A stretch of DNA of 52,263 nt from Pseudomonadota bacterium (GTDB lineage: Bacteria; Desulfobacterota; Desulfobacteria; Desulfobacterales; RPRI01). The translations under genes were made by a program, and so were the position numbers. The stretch spans positions 1 to 52,263 of the forward strand of contig JBDRRF010000097.1 in the NCBI GenBank assembly GCA_043825875.1, read 5' to 3'. Position 1 is the stretch's first letter. Each line of letters starts with the position of its first letter. The notes beneath the pieces are model-generated. The model worked only from the letters and a program-made list of their open reading frames with translations, was not told the origin of the DNA and made no database searches. This document shows, piece after piece, positions 1 to 7,941 of this stretch.

Positions 1-39
1 AAGTGCCCCCGGGTATTCTATTCGCCATTGTCGTGCCAT
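1..39 (-). CDS. 5' end of RAYT-like / IS200-fold (Y1 HUH) transposase, running off the left edge
   Basis: Reverse strand from ATG at 39 reads MARQWRIEYPGAL, the typical N-terminus of Y1_Tnp proteins with a C-terminal HTH. Its upstream region (56-110) is nearly identical to 2882-2936, which precedes a C-terminal fragment of the same family. Confidence 0.7.
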   Translation of the reverse strand, partial: MARQWRIEYPGAL

Positions 40-55
40 AAATTGTTTTTATAAA

Positions 56-110
56 TAAAATATCAATTTGTCAAGTTAGTTCATATTTCAAGGTTTGACC
101 CCGATAGTTT
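56..110. repeat. RAYT-element end motif (TAAAATATCAATTTGTCAA..TTCAAGGTTTGACCCCGATAGTTT), copy 1
   Basis: Near-identical direct repeat at 2882-2936; contains a minus-strand TTGACA pointing at the ATG at 39. Confidence 0.85.
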
Positions 111-1191
111 GCTTATACAGGAAGATATTGTCATTAACCCACGAACCGTGGTTACTCGTTTTCTGCATGAGCAAGCTTTCTGTACAACGTGCAATCGTCC
201 GGTTGTTTGTACCGGTGAAGATGAAATTTTAAATGCTCCTATTGGGCCGGTTGCAAAATCAGTAGCACTTTATTTGCGATACCGGATAGGCATCCCCTAT
301 AGAAAAACGACCGAGTTGTTTCGCGATATATTTGGGTTAAATTTTGTTCCTGCCTCTGCTGTTGGATTCGACAGAAAAGCATCTGCTTGCGGGGCGTCTA
401 TTCATGAAGATTTACTTGAGAAAATCAGAGTATTTGATGTGGTTCATGCTGATGAAACCTCCTGGCGAAATGACGGTGCAGGGCATTATGTATGGTTTGC
501 CGGAAATGAAAAACTTGCTTATTTTCACATAAACAGACATCGGTCAGGTAGCGTGGCAAGAGCAATTTTCGGAGAGTACTTTGAGGGCATCCTGATTCGT
601 GATCGTTATGCTGCCTATAATGGTATTGGAAGTCAATGGCAGTCATGCCTGGCGCATATAATAACAAAAGCCAAAGAAGTCAAACGAGAACATGGATTAT
701 TGCCACAAGCCGAAAAAGACGCAGCAACAGACCGGTTCTGTGATCGGGTCATAGCCTTTTTCAAAAAAGCCTGCGACACAGCAAGGAAGATAAACTCAGG
801 TGATATATCCTGGGAATCAGCGGAAGGAATCGCTAATCGATTTATCAAACAACTTTCCAACATCCGCAAACGGCCGCTTTCGTTCAAACCCGCAGAGACA
901 TTAAGGGTTTATCTGACAGGGCCGGAACAAAAGTTCCTTTTTACTTTCCTCCGACATCCAGGTGTCCCGCCTACCAACAATCTTGCAGAACAGTCTCTAC
1001 GGCATCTGGTCATTTTCCGCAAAATATGTTTTGGTACCAGATCAGAAAGCGGTTTAAAAACTCACAGCATTCTTTCAAGCCTAGTACAAACCGCCAGAAG
1101 ACAAGGTGTTCACCCAAGACAATTCCTGCAAACCCTTCTCACAGCCGACACTCCAACAGCTCAGGCTGCACTTTACAATAATTCAAGCTGA
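109..1191 (+). pseudogene. IS66-family (single-ORF, ISBst12-like) transposase, 5'-truncated
   Basis: Motifs HADETSW, DRYAAY, QSCLAHI, PPTNNLAEQSLR..RKICFGTRS. Begins mid zinc-finger (only CTTC left) with a TTG and no RBS, directly at the repeat motif. Confidence 0.88.
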
Positions 1192-1216
1192 TGACCTGAA
1201 TAATCGTGTAAAATGT

Positions 1217-1233
1217 GGGGACTAAACTGTTAC
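1217..1233. mobile_element. IS66 right terminal inverted repeat
   Basis: GGGGACTAAACTGTTAC, whose reverse complement begins GTAA as IS66 ends do, 26 bp after the transposase stop; no left end seen. Confidence 0.7.
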
Positions 1234-1336
1234 GATTTTTTTAGAAAAATAGGTAATTCGGGTGAAATTTTCTTGACCGCTCGTTAACTGATGGTAAATA
1301 ATACTGCTTAATCTTAAAAAAGGGGGTTTTGGGAAC

Positions 1337-2401
1337 ATGACCAAACAACAAGATTCAATAACCAGCATTACATTGGATGATGAGATGACCCAAGTATCCA
1401 GGCTTCCCAAGGGGACAGGAACATCCTTTATGGAAGACACTGATTTTTTACTTTTGACGGAATCTGAAGGCTTCGATATCATGATGGGCCAGGCCATATT
1501 CCGTTTTGGCGGAGGTAAAGATGGCATCTGGCAAGTTGAAGACACGGGCGCGATCCAGACCTCAATTATCATCGTACCCAAAGAGATGCGCGGAAAAATG
1601 CATGACAACGAGTATGTCGGTAACCGCGTATATCCCACAGATTGGACCAGCAAACTGAAAGTAACCAAAACCGACAAGGAAGTGACCTGGGAAATTGATA
1701 ATCTCAAATACACCTGCCGCCCGCCTTACTGGGAATTTAAAGGCGAGCATATGGGTGTGGAAATCGATTTAAAAGCGACCGCAGTTTATGATGCTGTGCA
1801 TTTTAGAGGCCGACAGGAGGACTTATTAACGAAAGGCTCAACCGGCTTTGGCAACCCGTTTGTGGCTGAAGGCAATATTAAGGCAAAGGGGAGAACCTAT
1901 CCGATTAAAAACGCGCTTGGTAATCATGATAAGGTTATTTTTACCGGCGACCTGGTAAAGCATTTTCATGATCACCACATTACTTACTACTGGATCTGGG
2001 GTTTACATCCCGATTTCAAAACGATGCTCTATTTTGTGCCTGGTCAACCATCCTTTGCCTGGCTCAATCTTAAAGGCAAAGATGAGAACAACGGCATCGC
2101 CGAAATGGAGGTTACGCCGTTGGAGTTCTGGATAGACCCGGCAACTGGAGTGCAGATTCCCGTTCGGGAACGCATGCATGTCCGCACAGAAAATGGCTCA
2201 TTGGATGTTACTGTGCAGGCATATGCCAGAATGAACTATGGATATTTGTCTAAATCAGGAACATCCCTGCATTGTGCAATGCTGTGCCAGACAAATGGGA
2301 AATTTTACCATAAAGACGGCAGAGTGAGCCCTATTACTGAAGTTAAAACATACGTTGAATGGGGAAGAGCTTTATTTCCCTTAGTATCAGGCACAACTTA
2401 A
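1337..2401 (+). CDS. Hypothetical protein, probable AttH/CrtC-like double beta-barrel (lipocalin-like) fold
   Basis: 354-aa ORF, beta-strand rich; LEFWIDPATGVQIPV resembles the WxSPxSGxxYP motif of AttH-like proteins. Confidence 0.55.
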   Translation: MTKQQDSITSITLDDEMTQVSRLPKGTGTSFMEDTDFLLLTESEGFDIMMGQAIFRFGGGKDGIWQVEDTGAIQTSIIIVPKEMRGKMHDNEYVGNRVYPTDWTSKLKVTKTDKEVTWEIDNLKYTCRPPYWEFKGEHMGVEIDLKATAVYDAVHFRGRQEDLLTKGSTGFGNPFVAEGNIKAKGRTYPIKNALGNHDKVIFTGDLVKHFHDHHITYYWIWGLHPDFKTMLYFVPGQPSFAWLNLKGKDENNGIAEMEVTPLEFWIDPATGVQIPVRERMHVRTENGSLDVTVQAYARMNYGYLSKSGTSLHCAMLCQTNGKFYHKDGRVSPITEVKTYVEWGRALFPLVSGTT

Positions 2402-2462
2402 CCATTGTATTTTTTTCCCGAGCAGGTGGTGCCGGTGAATGAGCCTAATTATCTTACATTAA

Positions 2463-2666
2463 ACCACCAGCTCTGCTGGTGCGATCCTAAAAGGTTTGAC
2501 CGGTCCGGGGTGAAGTTTTTGAAAATTGATGATAGGTTCTTCCCCCAGGAAAGCCCCGAAGTATATAGGGGTAAAGGAGGAAGAACCCTTGGAAAACTGG
2601 CAGAGTTTAACACATGTAAGATGGGACTGCAAATATCATGTGGTCATTGTTTATAGAAGCAATTAT
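2463..2666 (+). pseudogene. tnpA: IS200/IS605-family left end plus 5' fragment of tnpA
   Basis: Hairpin CACCAGC-TCT-GCTGGTG at ~2465-2481, RBS AAAGGAGG at 2573-2580, then TTG 2589 reading (M)ENWQSLTHVRWDCKYHVVIV, the IS200 TnpA N-terminus; cut off at the repeat at 2667. Confidence 0.75.
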
Positions 2667-2926
2667 GGTCAAACCTTGAATTCTGAACTGACGGCTTGAT
2701 ACTGTCGCCTATAGCCCTTATCAGACAATATCTTGTCATTCATTGCTTTTACACTGCGACTAACCATAGAATAGGAAAGCCCTATCAGATTACCGATTTC
2801 CTGGTTTGACAATTGTCCGGTTTTCCATAGTAAATAAATCAGCAAGTCTTGTTTTTCTTTTTCAGCACCACGCAATCTTAATAAAATATCAATTTGTCAA
2901 ATTAGTTCAGAATTCAAGGTTTGACC
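2667..2926 (-). mobile_element. Internally deleted RAYT-like element with perfect 23-bp inverted repeats
   Basis: GGTCAAACCTTGAATTCTGAACT (2667-2689) and AGTTCAGAATTCAAGGTTTGACC (2904-2926) enclose the promoter-side end joined directly to a C-terminal HTH fragment. Confidence 0.75.
2669..2875 (-). pseudogene. C-terminal HTH fragment of RAYT-like transposase
   Basis: IYLLWKTGQLSNQEIGNLIGLSYSMVSRSV is a DnaA-C-like HTH; ends SEFKV* with the stop inside the TGACC motif. Confidence 0.7.
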
Positions 2927-2960
2927 CTGATAGTTTTTCAAGGTTTGACCCTGATAGTTT
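2913..2960. repeat. Exact 24-bp tandem duplication TTCAAGGTTTGACCCTGATAGTTT x2
   Basis: Directly visible at 2913-2936 and 2937-2960. Confidence 0.95.
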
Positions 2961-2975
2961 TTTAGTTTGTTCCTG

Positions 2976-3035
2976 GGCTAACGCTAAAATCACGGGGCGC
3001 TGCTTTTTGCGCTCCCGTGCATTTTTTTGTTGGGC
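2976..3035 (-). mobile_element. Integron attC site
   Basis: Minus strand: R'' GCCCAAC, 6-nt spacer, L'' ATGCACGG (extra base), GCGC hairpin core, L' CCGTGAT, 6-nt spacer, R' GTTAGCC. Lies 5 bp after the stop of 3041-3910. Confidence 0.85.
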
Positions 3036-3040
3036 TATAG

Positions 3041-3910
3041 TTAATTATTGTAATAATCTATCAACGACTTTAAATCATTAATTTTTTGAACCCGGCACCA
3101 ATCAATGAAATATAGTTTTTCATCGTTTAGTAGTTTTAATAGTGAAGCACAAAAGTTTTCTACATCTTTTGGTTTTGATGAACTGAAACAAATAGAGCGA
3201 ACGCTCCCATTTTCAGAACTTTCACCCCAAATTGTAACCGCACTGTTAGATATAAATGCATAACTATTCTCAACACCTAATGGTTGCCCTTCATAGGCTA
3301 ATCCCTGATATTCTTTTGAAGAGCCAAAGAGTTTTTTTAATTGTATTAAAGAAATATTTGATTTTTCAAGAGGTTTAATAATTTCTTTTCTAACATGGAT
3401 CTTTTTAAAACCATATTCCTCTCTGGAATTATTGTAAATTCCAATGATTGAATTCAATTCCATATTAATCTTCTCTTCATGATGATTTGATACCAATTCA
3501 ATCTGACGCCAATCATCTTCATGGATTTTATAATATTGATCAATTTTATTCATGGATTTTGAAATTGAACCAATCACATCGTTAATAGATGGAAGACTGA
3601 AAAGAATGTCTTTAGGATTCATAAGTTCAACTTTTGAAAGGAAAAGACTTAATTTTCCGGTTTTTATGAATTCTTCTTTGTTTATTGGAATAGCATTTAC
3701 AATTGTCCAATTTTCATTGCCAATATCTAAAGTAGTATCAATCTCAAAAGTATCAGGTAATTGTTCAATGGGCATTTCTGAAACTGCAAACGGTTTATCT
3801 TTACCATTTTCAAGAAATTTAACCTCAATCAAATTATTTTTCTTTTTTCCGAATCCAAACATAAATACACTCAGTGAAATGATTAGAATTAAAATAATTT
3901 TACTTTTCAT
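3041..3910 (-). CDS. Integron cassette-encoded hypothetical protein
   Basis: 289-aa AT-rich ORF with an N-terminal hydrophobic stretch, bounded by GTTGGGC upstream and an attC downstream. Confidence 0.75.
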   Translation of the reverse strand: MKSKIILILIISLSVFMFGFGKKKNNLIEVKFLENGKDKPFAVSEMPIEQLPDTFEIDTTLDIGNENWTIVNAIPINKEEFIKTGKLSLFLSKVELMNPKDILFSLPSINDVIGSISKSMNKIDQYYKIHEDDWRQIELVSNHHEEKINMELNSIIGIYNNSREEYGFKKIHVRKEIIKPLEKSNISLIQLKKLFGSSKEYQGLAYEGQPLGVENSYAFISNSAVTIWGESSENGSVRSICFSSSKPKDVENFCASLLKLLNDEKLYFIDWCRVQKINDLKSLIDYYNN

Positions 3911-3924
3911 ATATATCTCTAAAA

Positions 3925-3960
3925 GCCCAACAAGTGATTATAAAGTTTTGGATAACTTTA
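3925..3960 (-). mobile_element. Cassette core site GTTGGGC with attI-like upstream sequence
   Basis: Minus strand GTTATCCAAAACTTTATAATCACTT-GTTGGGC; the core is exactly complementary to R'' of the downstream attC, and no attC hairpin precedes it. Confidence 0.6.
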
Positions 3961-4196
3961 CCATTGTAAGAAACTCTGGAAAGATTAAAAATAAATTATT
4001 CTAAAACCAAAAGATAGCTACACAAAACATGTAATTTGTTTATTTTATAATATTAAACAATTATATAGCTTATTAACAGATTTTTTATGGTATTATTTTT
4101 CGATCTTTCTGTATATCATTCTGTTTTTCGGCTCATAAAGAAAGAGGGTTCTTTTACATTAAATCCATAAAATTCCGCTTAGCCTGCCCTAAAAAA

Positions 4197-4241
4197 AACA
4201 AAAGCCCCTTGCTTCAATTATCTGAAGATAGGGGCTTTGTT
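4197..4241. terminator. Stem-loop, possible intrinsic terminator
   Basis: AACAAAAGCCCCT...AGGGGCTTTGTT preceded by an A-run. Confidence 0.4.
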
Positions 4242-4268
4242 ATATCCGGTCATGTTCACAATCCTTTT

Positions 4269-4410
4269 GAGACCTTTGCAAAACGCTCCCTTTTAACCGA
4301 TTTCTTCGTCAGGCGAAAATTTTCATCCTCGAAATACCCGATGTATTCCTGCGGTTAAAATTTTCGCCTTCCTTGAACTTGAGCAAAATTGAACATTTTT
4401 CAAAAGTCTC
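4269..4410 (+). repeat. ~142-bp structured MITE-like repeat, divergent copy
   Basis: TIR GAGACCTTTGCAAAA / TTTTTCAAAAGTCTC; shared core ATCCTCGAAATAC..ATGTATTCCTGCGGTT. Confidence 0.85.
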
Positions 4411-4566
4411 ATCTTAGAAATAGTAAAATAATAAAATGAGATATTGGATTATTTATTCCAGAAAACGCCAAAATAACGTAATTTATCTAATGAGCAAAAA
4501 CACTTAAATTCCGCTAACACTTTGCCTTAATTAAATCAAGAGGAAAAAAGTGAAACAGGGTCCATT

Positions 4567-5013
4567 CTAATCCTTTTTATTTTCAATAAGTTCTTGAACT
4601 TCCCTGAAAAAAGCATCCCTGTCTAATTCTCCAGCATCTGAAACAGGAAATTTTGCCAAAACTTCAATCAGGACGTTATTAATCATTGTGCGTTCGCTGT
4701 CGGTTGAATCTGTTTTCAAATAAGGATTGACTCTCTCATCAGACATTAGTCTCATAAGAATTCCGATACGATTCATAATTGAATAGTATTTCGATACGTT
4801 TTTTCCAAATTCTGTTGCAATTGCGCAACCAAATCGGTTTATAGGATTATCTTTACATTGAAATTCTTGAAATTCTCCAGACTTTTCATCAAACAAGTCG
4901 ATTCCTTTGGTCTCAGGATTATCAGTTTGCATCTGATCGGTTACAGCCGCATTCCCAAGCTGAACCGCAAATTGAAGTTCTGTTGGTTCAACCGTGAGAT
5001 TCCATTTTGGCAT
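4567..5013 (-). CDS. Hypothetical protein
   Basis: 148-aa ORF with GGAGG RBS; no recognisable motif. Confidence 0.65.
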   Translation of the reverse strand: MPKWNLTVEPTELQFAVQLGNAAVTDQMQTDNPETKGIDLFDEKSGEFQEFQCKDNPINRFGCAIATEFGKNVSKYYSIMNRIGILMRLMSDERVNPYLKTDSTDSERTMINNVLIEVLAKFPVSDAGELDRDAFFREVQELIENKKD

Positions 5014-5034
5014 TTATTCCTCCATTATTACAAA

Positions 5035-5198
5035 GAGCCAGTTTCAAAACGCCCCATTTTGGCCGATCTCTGCGTTGGGCTCAAATTTCGCACGAAGTGA
5101 AGCATTAGCGCTATCCTCGAAATACTCAATGTATTCCTGCGGTTGAAAATTTTTCCCGCCTTGAGCTTGACCAAACTGAAACGTTTTGAAAGTGGCTC
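5035..5198 (+). repeat. MITE-like repeat, 164-bp copy with ~21-bp internal insertion
   Basis: TIR GAGCCAGTTTCAAAACG / CGTTTTGAAAGTGGCTC; near-identical to 11153-11295 and 18526-18668. Confidence 0.92.
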
Positions 5199-5215
5199 TT
5201 TCTTAGAAAGTATAT

Positions 5216-5260
5216 TTAGCTGACATTCCTCAATTTTCGTTCCAAATCTCGCCGTTTCAT
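5216..5260 (-). pseudogene. hicA: Truncated HicA toxin remnant
   Basis: MKRRDLERKLRNVS* is a HicA-type N-terminus directly after hicB, stopping after 14 codons. Confidence 0.65.
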
Positions 5261-5267
5261 CCAATCA

Positions 5268-5474
5268 TCACCGTGCTTGGATAGCATCATCGGGGAGCCC
5301 TCGAAGAATATCAGCCTTCCGGTCTTCTAAAATCAACTCAATAGCCTCCCGCAAATTAGGTTTGGCTTCCTCTATAGTCTCGCCCTGCCCGTTTGCTCCA
5401 GGCACCTCCGGACAGACAGCCCAAAATCCGCCTTCTGGTGCGGCTTCTATGATTGCTGTAAATTCTGCTTTCAT
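5268..5474 (-). CDS. hicB: HicB-family antitoxin (UPF0150), C-terminus apparently frameshifted
   Basis: FTAIIE..EGGFWAVCPEVPGANGQGETIEEA..NLREAIELIL; AGGAG RBS. Confidence 0.85.
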   Translation of the reverse strand: MKAEFTAIIEAAPEGGFWAVCPEVPGANGQGETIEEAKPNLREAIELILEDRKADILRGLPDDAIQAR

Positions 5475-5758
5475 AAAAATCTCCTATTGTATCTTATTGA
5501 ACCGATCAAATTATTTTATAAAACTTTATTTCTTTTGTTAGGTTCGATTTATTGTTTTCTCATATACTCTTAAAATCTTTAGATTATATAGAATAATAGC
5601 TTGACAGATTATTTGCAACAAATTATTTATTCCCCATAAAATTAATACAATATAACACTGCTTGTATGAACATCAGTATGATATACTGCCCGATAAAATA
5701 ACCGCGTTCCGGCTTTTGGGGCTGTGCCGGAATTATAAAAACAAGTTTTCCACATATC

Positions 5759-5840
5759 CCGTCATTCCGGGCTTGACCCGGAAACCATTAAATTCTATGA
5801 TATTGTTTCTCTGGATGCTGGATCGGGTCCAGCATGACGG
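5759..5840. repeat. REP-like palindromic element (GTCATTCCGGGCTTGACCCGGAA ... CTGGATGCTGGATCGGGTCCAGCATGAC)
   Basis: Two internal hairpins closed by CCGTCAT/ATGACGG; a half copy CTGGAATGAC at 5871-5880. Confidence 0.7.
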
Positions 5841-5953
5841 ACATTTTGAATCGTGGTACTGCCTCGAAGGCTGGAATGACAAAAATAGATGGATTCAAGT
5901 TATACAAGATTCAGCAATAATCCAAATATTGATACATTACAAAAAGGAGAAAC

Positions 5954-7423
5954 ATGCTTCATTTAATAACAGGCGATCTTAATAAGCTTAAGGCAGATGC
6001 TGTGATTATTCCGGTATCCGAAGATACACAATTATTTGATAATGAAACAATCAAATCGCTTATAAGAAAAACCAAAACTGCCGTGGAGTTTAAAGGTGCA
6101 AAGGGTGATGAATTAATACTTTACGATTTGCCTGAAATAAAATCTCAGAGAATAATCTTTTTAGGACTTGGAAAATTAAAAAAGATTGACCAGGAATCTT
6201 TTCGCTCTGTTTGCGGCAAAGCCGTAAAAAAATGCATAAAAGATAAACTTAAAGAAATTATAATTGCAGTACCTTCTTCTGAAAAACTTGGTATGGAAAC
6301 AAAAGAAATTATTGAATCTATGGCAGAAGGCGCTTTTTTGGGAAACCATATTTTTGATAAATATAAAATAGAAAAAAAGCATACTCCTTTAAAAAAAGTT
6401 GATTTTTTTGTTAAACAGCAATTTCAAAAAAAATATTCGGCCTTGCTCACGCAGGTTGAAATTGTTTGCAGCGGAACCATTCTTGCCAGAGAATGGGTGA
6501 GCACTCCTTCAAATGATAAAGTACCCGACATGCTAGCAAAAGATATAGCTTTGGCAGCAAAAAAAGATACTCTTAAAATAACAACTTTTGATGAAAAAAA
6601 ACTTAAGCAACTTGGTTTTGGCACTTTGCTTGCGGTTGCCAAAGGAAGCCAAAACAAACCACGGCTTCTTATTCTGGAATACTCCCCGAAAGGTGCAACA
6701 AAGACCGTAGCCCTGATAGGCAAAGGAATTACTTTCGATTCGGGCGGTATAAACTTAAAACCTGCCGGTTCTCTTGAAGATATGAAAATGGATATGTCCG
6801 GAGCTGCAACAGTTGCAGCAACACTCATTTCTGCTGCAAGATTAAAACCTAAAATTAAAATAATCGGTGCAATTCCCATTGCTGAAAATATGCCTTCAGG
6901 AGATGCAACAAGGCCTGGCGATATTGTAAAAAGCTATGCAGGCAAAACTGTTGAAATAAATAATACGGATGCCGAAGGCAGGTTGATACTTATCGATACC
7001 ATTTCTTACATATTAAAAACATACAAGCCTGAAACTCTTATTGATGTAGCCACACTAACCGGTGCTTGTGTTATTGCGCTAGGAGAAAAAATTGCGGGAG
7101 TATTTTCATCAGATGATGAGCTTGCGAATTCAATAATTAAATCTTCCAACAAAACTTATGAACGTTGCTGGCAGCTACCGCTTCCTGAAGATTACAAAGA
7201 ATACTTAAAAAGCGATTTTGCCGATATCAGCAATGTGAGCACATCAAGATGGGGTGGTGCAATAACAGCAGCTTTGTTTCTATCCGAATTTACAAACAAC
7301 ACAAAATGGGCGCATATTGATATTGCCGGCCCGGCATATACTAAAAAGGCAACAGATTATTGCGGAATCGGCGGCACAGGATTCGGTGTGCGGCTTTTGT
7401 GCGATTTGCTGACAAAGCTTTGA
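5954..7423 (+). CDS. pepA: Leucyl aminopeptidase (M17)
   Basis: GKGITFDSGG, MKMDMSGAA, NTDAEGRL, ATLTGA, WAHIDIAG. Confidence 0.97.
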   Translation: MLHLITGDLNKLKADAVIIPVSEDTQLFDNETIKSLIRKTKTAVEFKGAKGDELILYDLPEIKSQRIIFLGLGKLKKIDQESFRSVCGKAVKKCIKDKLKEIIIAVPSSEKLGMETKEIIESMAEGAFLGNHIFDKYKIEKKHTPLKKVDFFVKQQFQKKYSALLTQVEIVCSGTILAREWVSTPSNDKVPDMLAKDIALAAKKDTLKITTFDEKKLKQLGFGTLLAVAKGSQNKPRLLILEYSPKGATKTVALIGKGITFDSGGINLKPAGSLEDMKMDMSGAATVAATLISAARLKPKIKIIGAIPIAENMPSGDATRPGDIVKSYAGKTVEINNTDAEGRLILIDTISYILKTYKPETLIDVATLTGACVIALGEKIAGVFSSDDELANSIIKSSNKTYERCWQLPLPEDYKEYLKSDFADISNVSTSRWGGAITAALFLSEFTNNTKWAHIDIAGPAYTKKATDYCGIGGTGFGVRLLCDLLTKL

Positions 7424-7446
7424 ACTGATTAACAATTCTTATTCTT

Positions 7447-7704
7447 TTATATTAATGCACCATTGGTTACTATTTCTATTTGTGTTGGCTTTAAGGGTTC
7501 TCCCTGTTCCATTTTCATTTTAACAGAAGCAAGCAGCGTATCTTTTTTAATTTTTATTTCAAATTTAGAAAAGTCCTGAATATGTTCTCCCACATCAACA
7601 TCAAAAGCTTCTTTCCGGCCGTCAAATGTATCTGCCAATTCACGAAGAAATGCACTTAACTCATTTGCATTTATATCTTTTTGTATTTTAATTGCTTTGC
7701 TCAT
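7447..7704 (-). CDS. Small protein resembling amphi-Trp / XXXCH-domain N-terminus
   Basis: ELSAFLRELAD..FSKFEIKIKK pattern; AAGGA RBS. Confidence 0.45.
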   Translation of the reverse strand: MSKAIKIQKDINANELSAFLRELADTFDGRKEAFDVDVGEHIQDFSKFEIKIKKDTLLASVKMKMEQGEPLKPTQIEIVTNGALI

Positions 7705-7941
7705 AATCCGTTTTCCTTATTCATATTTTAAGTTTGCTATTTTATTAATCGGTCAGCAAAAGACCTTTTAGATTACAACATTAATACAAAACAAGTTTTT
7801 TGGATAGTATCCTAAAGTATACCTTTTATGCTTTTTTTTAATATTTTTGGGAAAGGTTATAATTGTTGCAACTTTTTTTGGATTAGGATCGAGAAGGATA
7901 AGATGATTGGCATTAAAACTAATTGAAAGAGGCTCTGTAGT

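Noticed and set aside
2913..2960. CRISPR array
   Set aside because: Two abutting copies with no spacers and no cas genes; no regularly spaced repeats seen anywhere in the window.
2405..3081. ORFs 2405-2656 and 2806-3081
   Set aside because: They run through IS ends, repeats and the attC; the meaningful frames are the tnpA and HTH fragments.
5028..5264. ORFs 5028-5264, 4858-5100, 10895-11248 and 11283-11480, with shared text such as EPLSKRFSLVKLKAG
   Set aside because: Translations of the MITE-like repeat or antisense to real genes.
5662..5982. 106-aa ORF upstream of pepA
   Set aside because: Spans the REP-like palindrome, has a TTG start and no recognisable motif.
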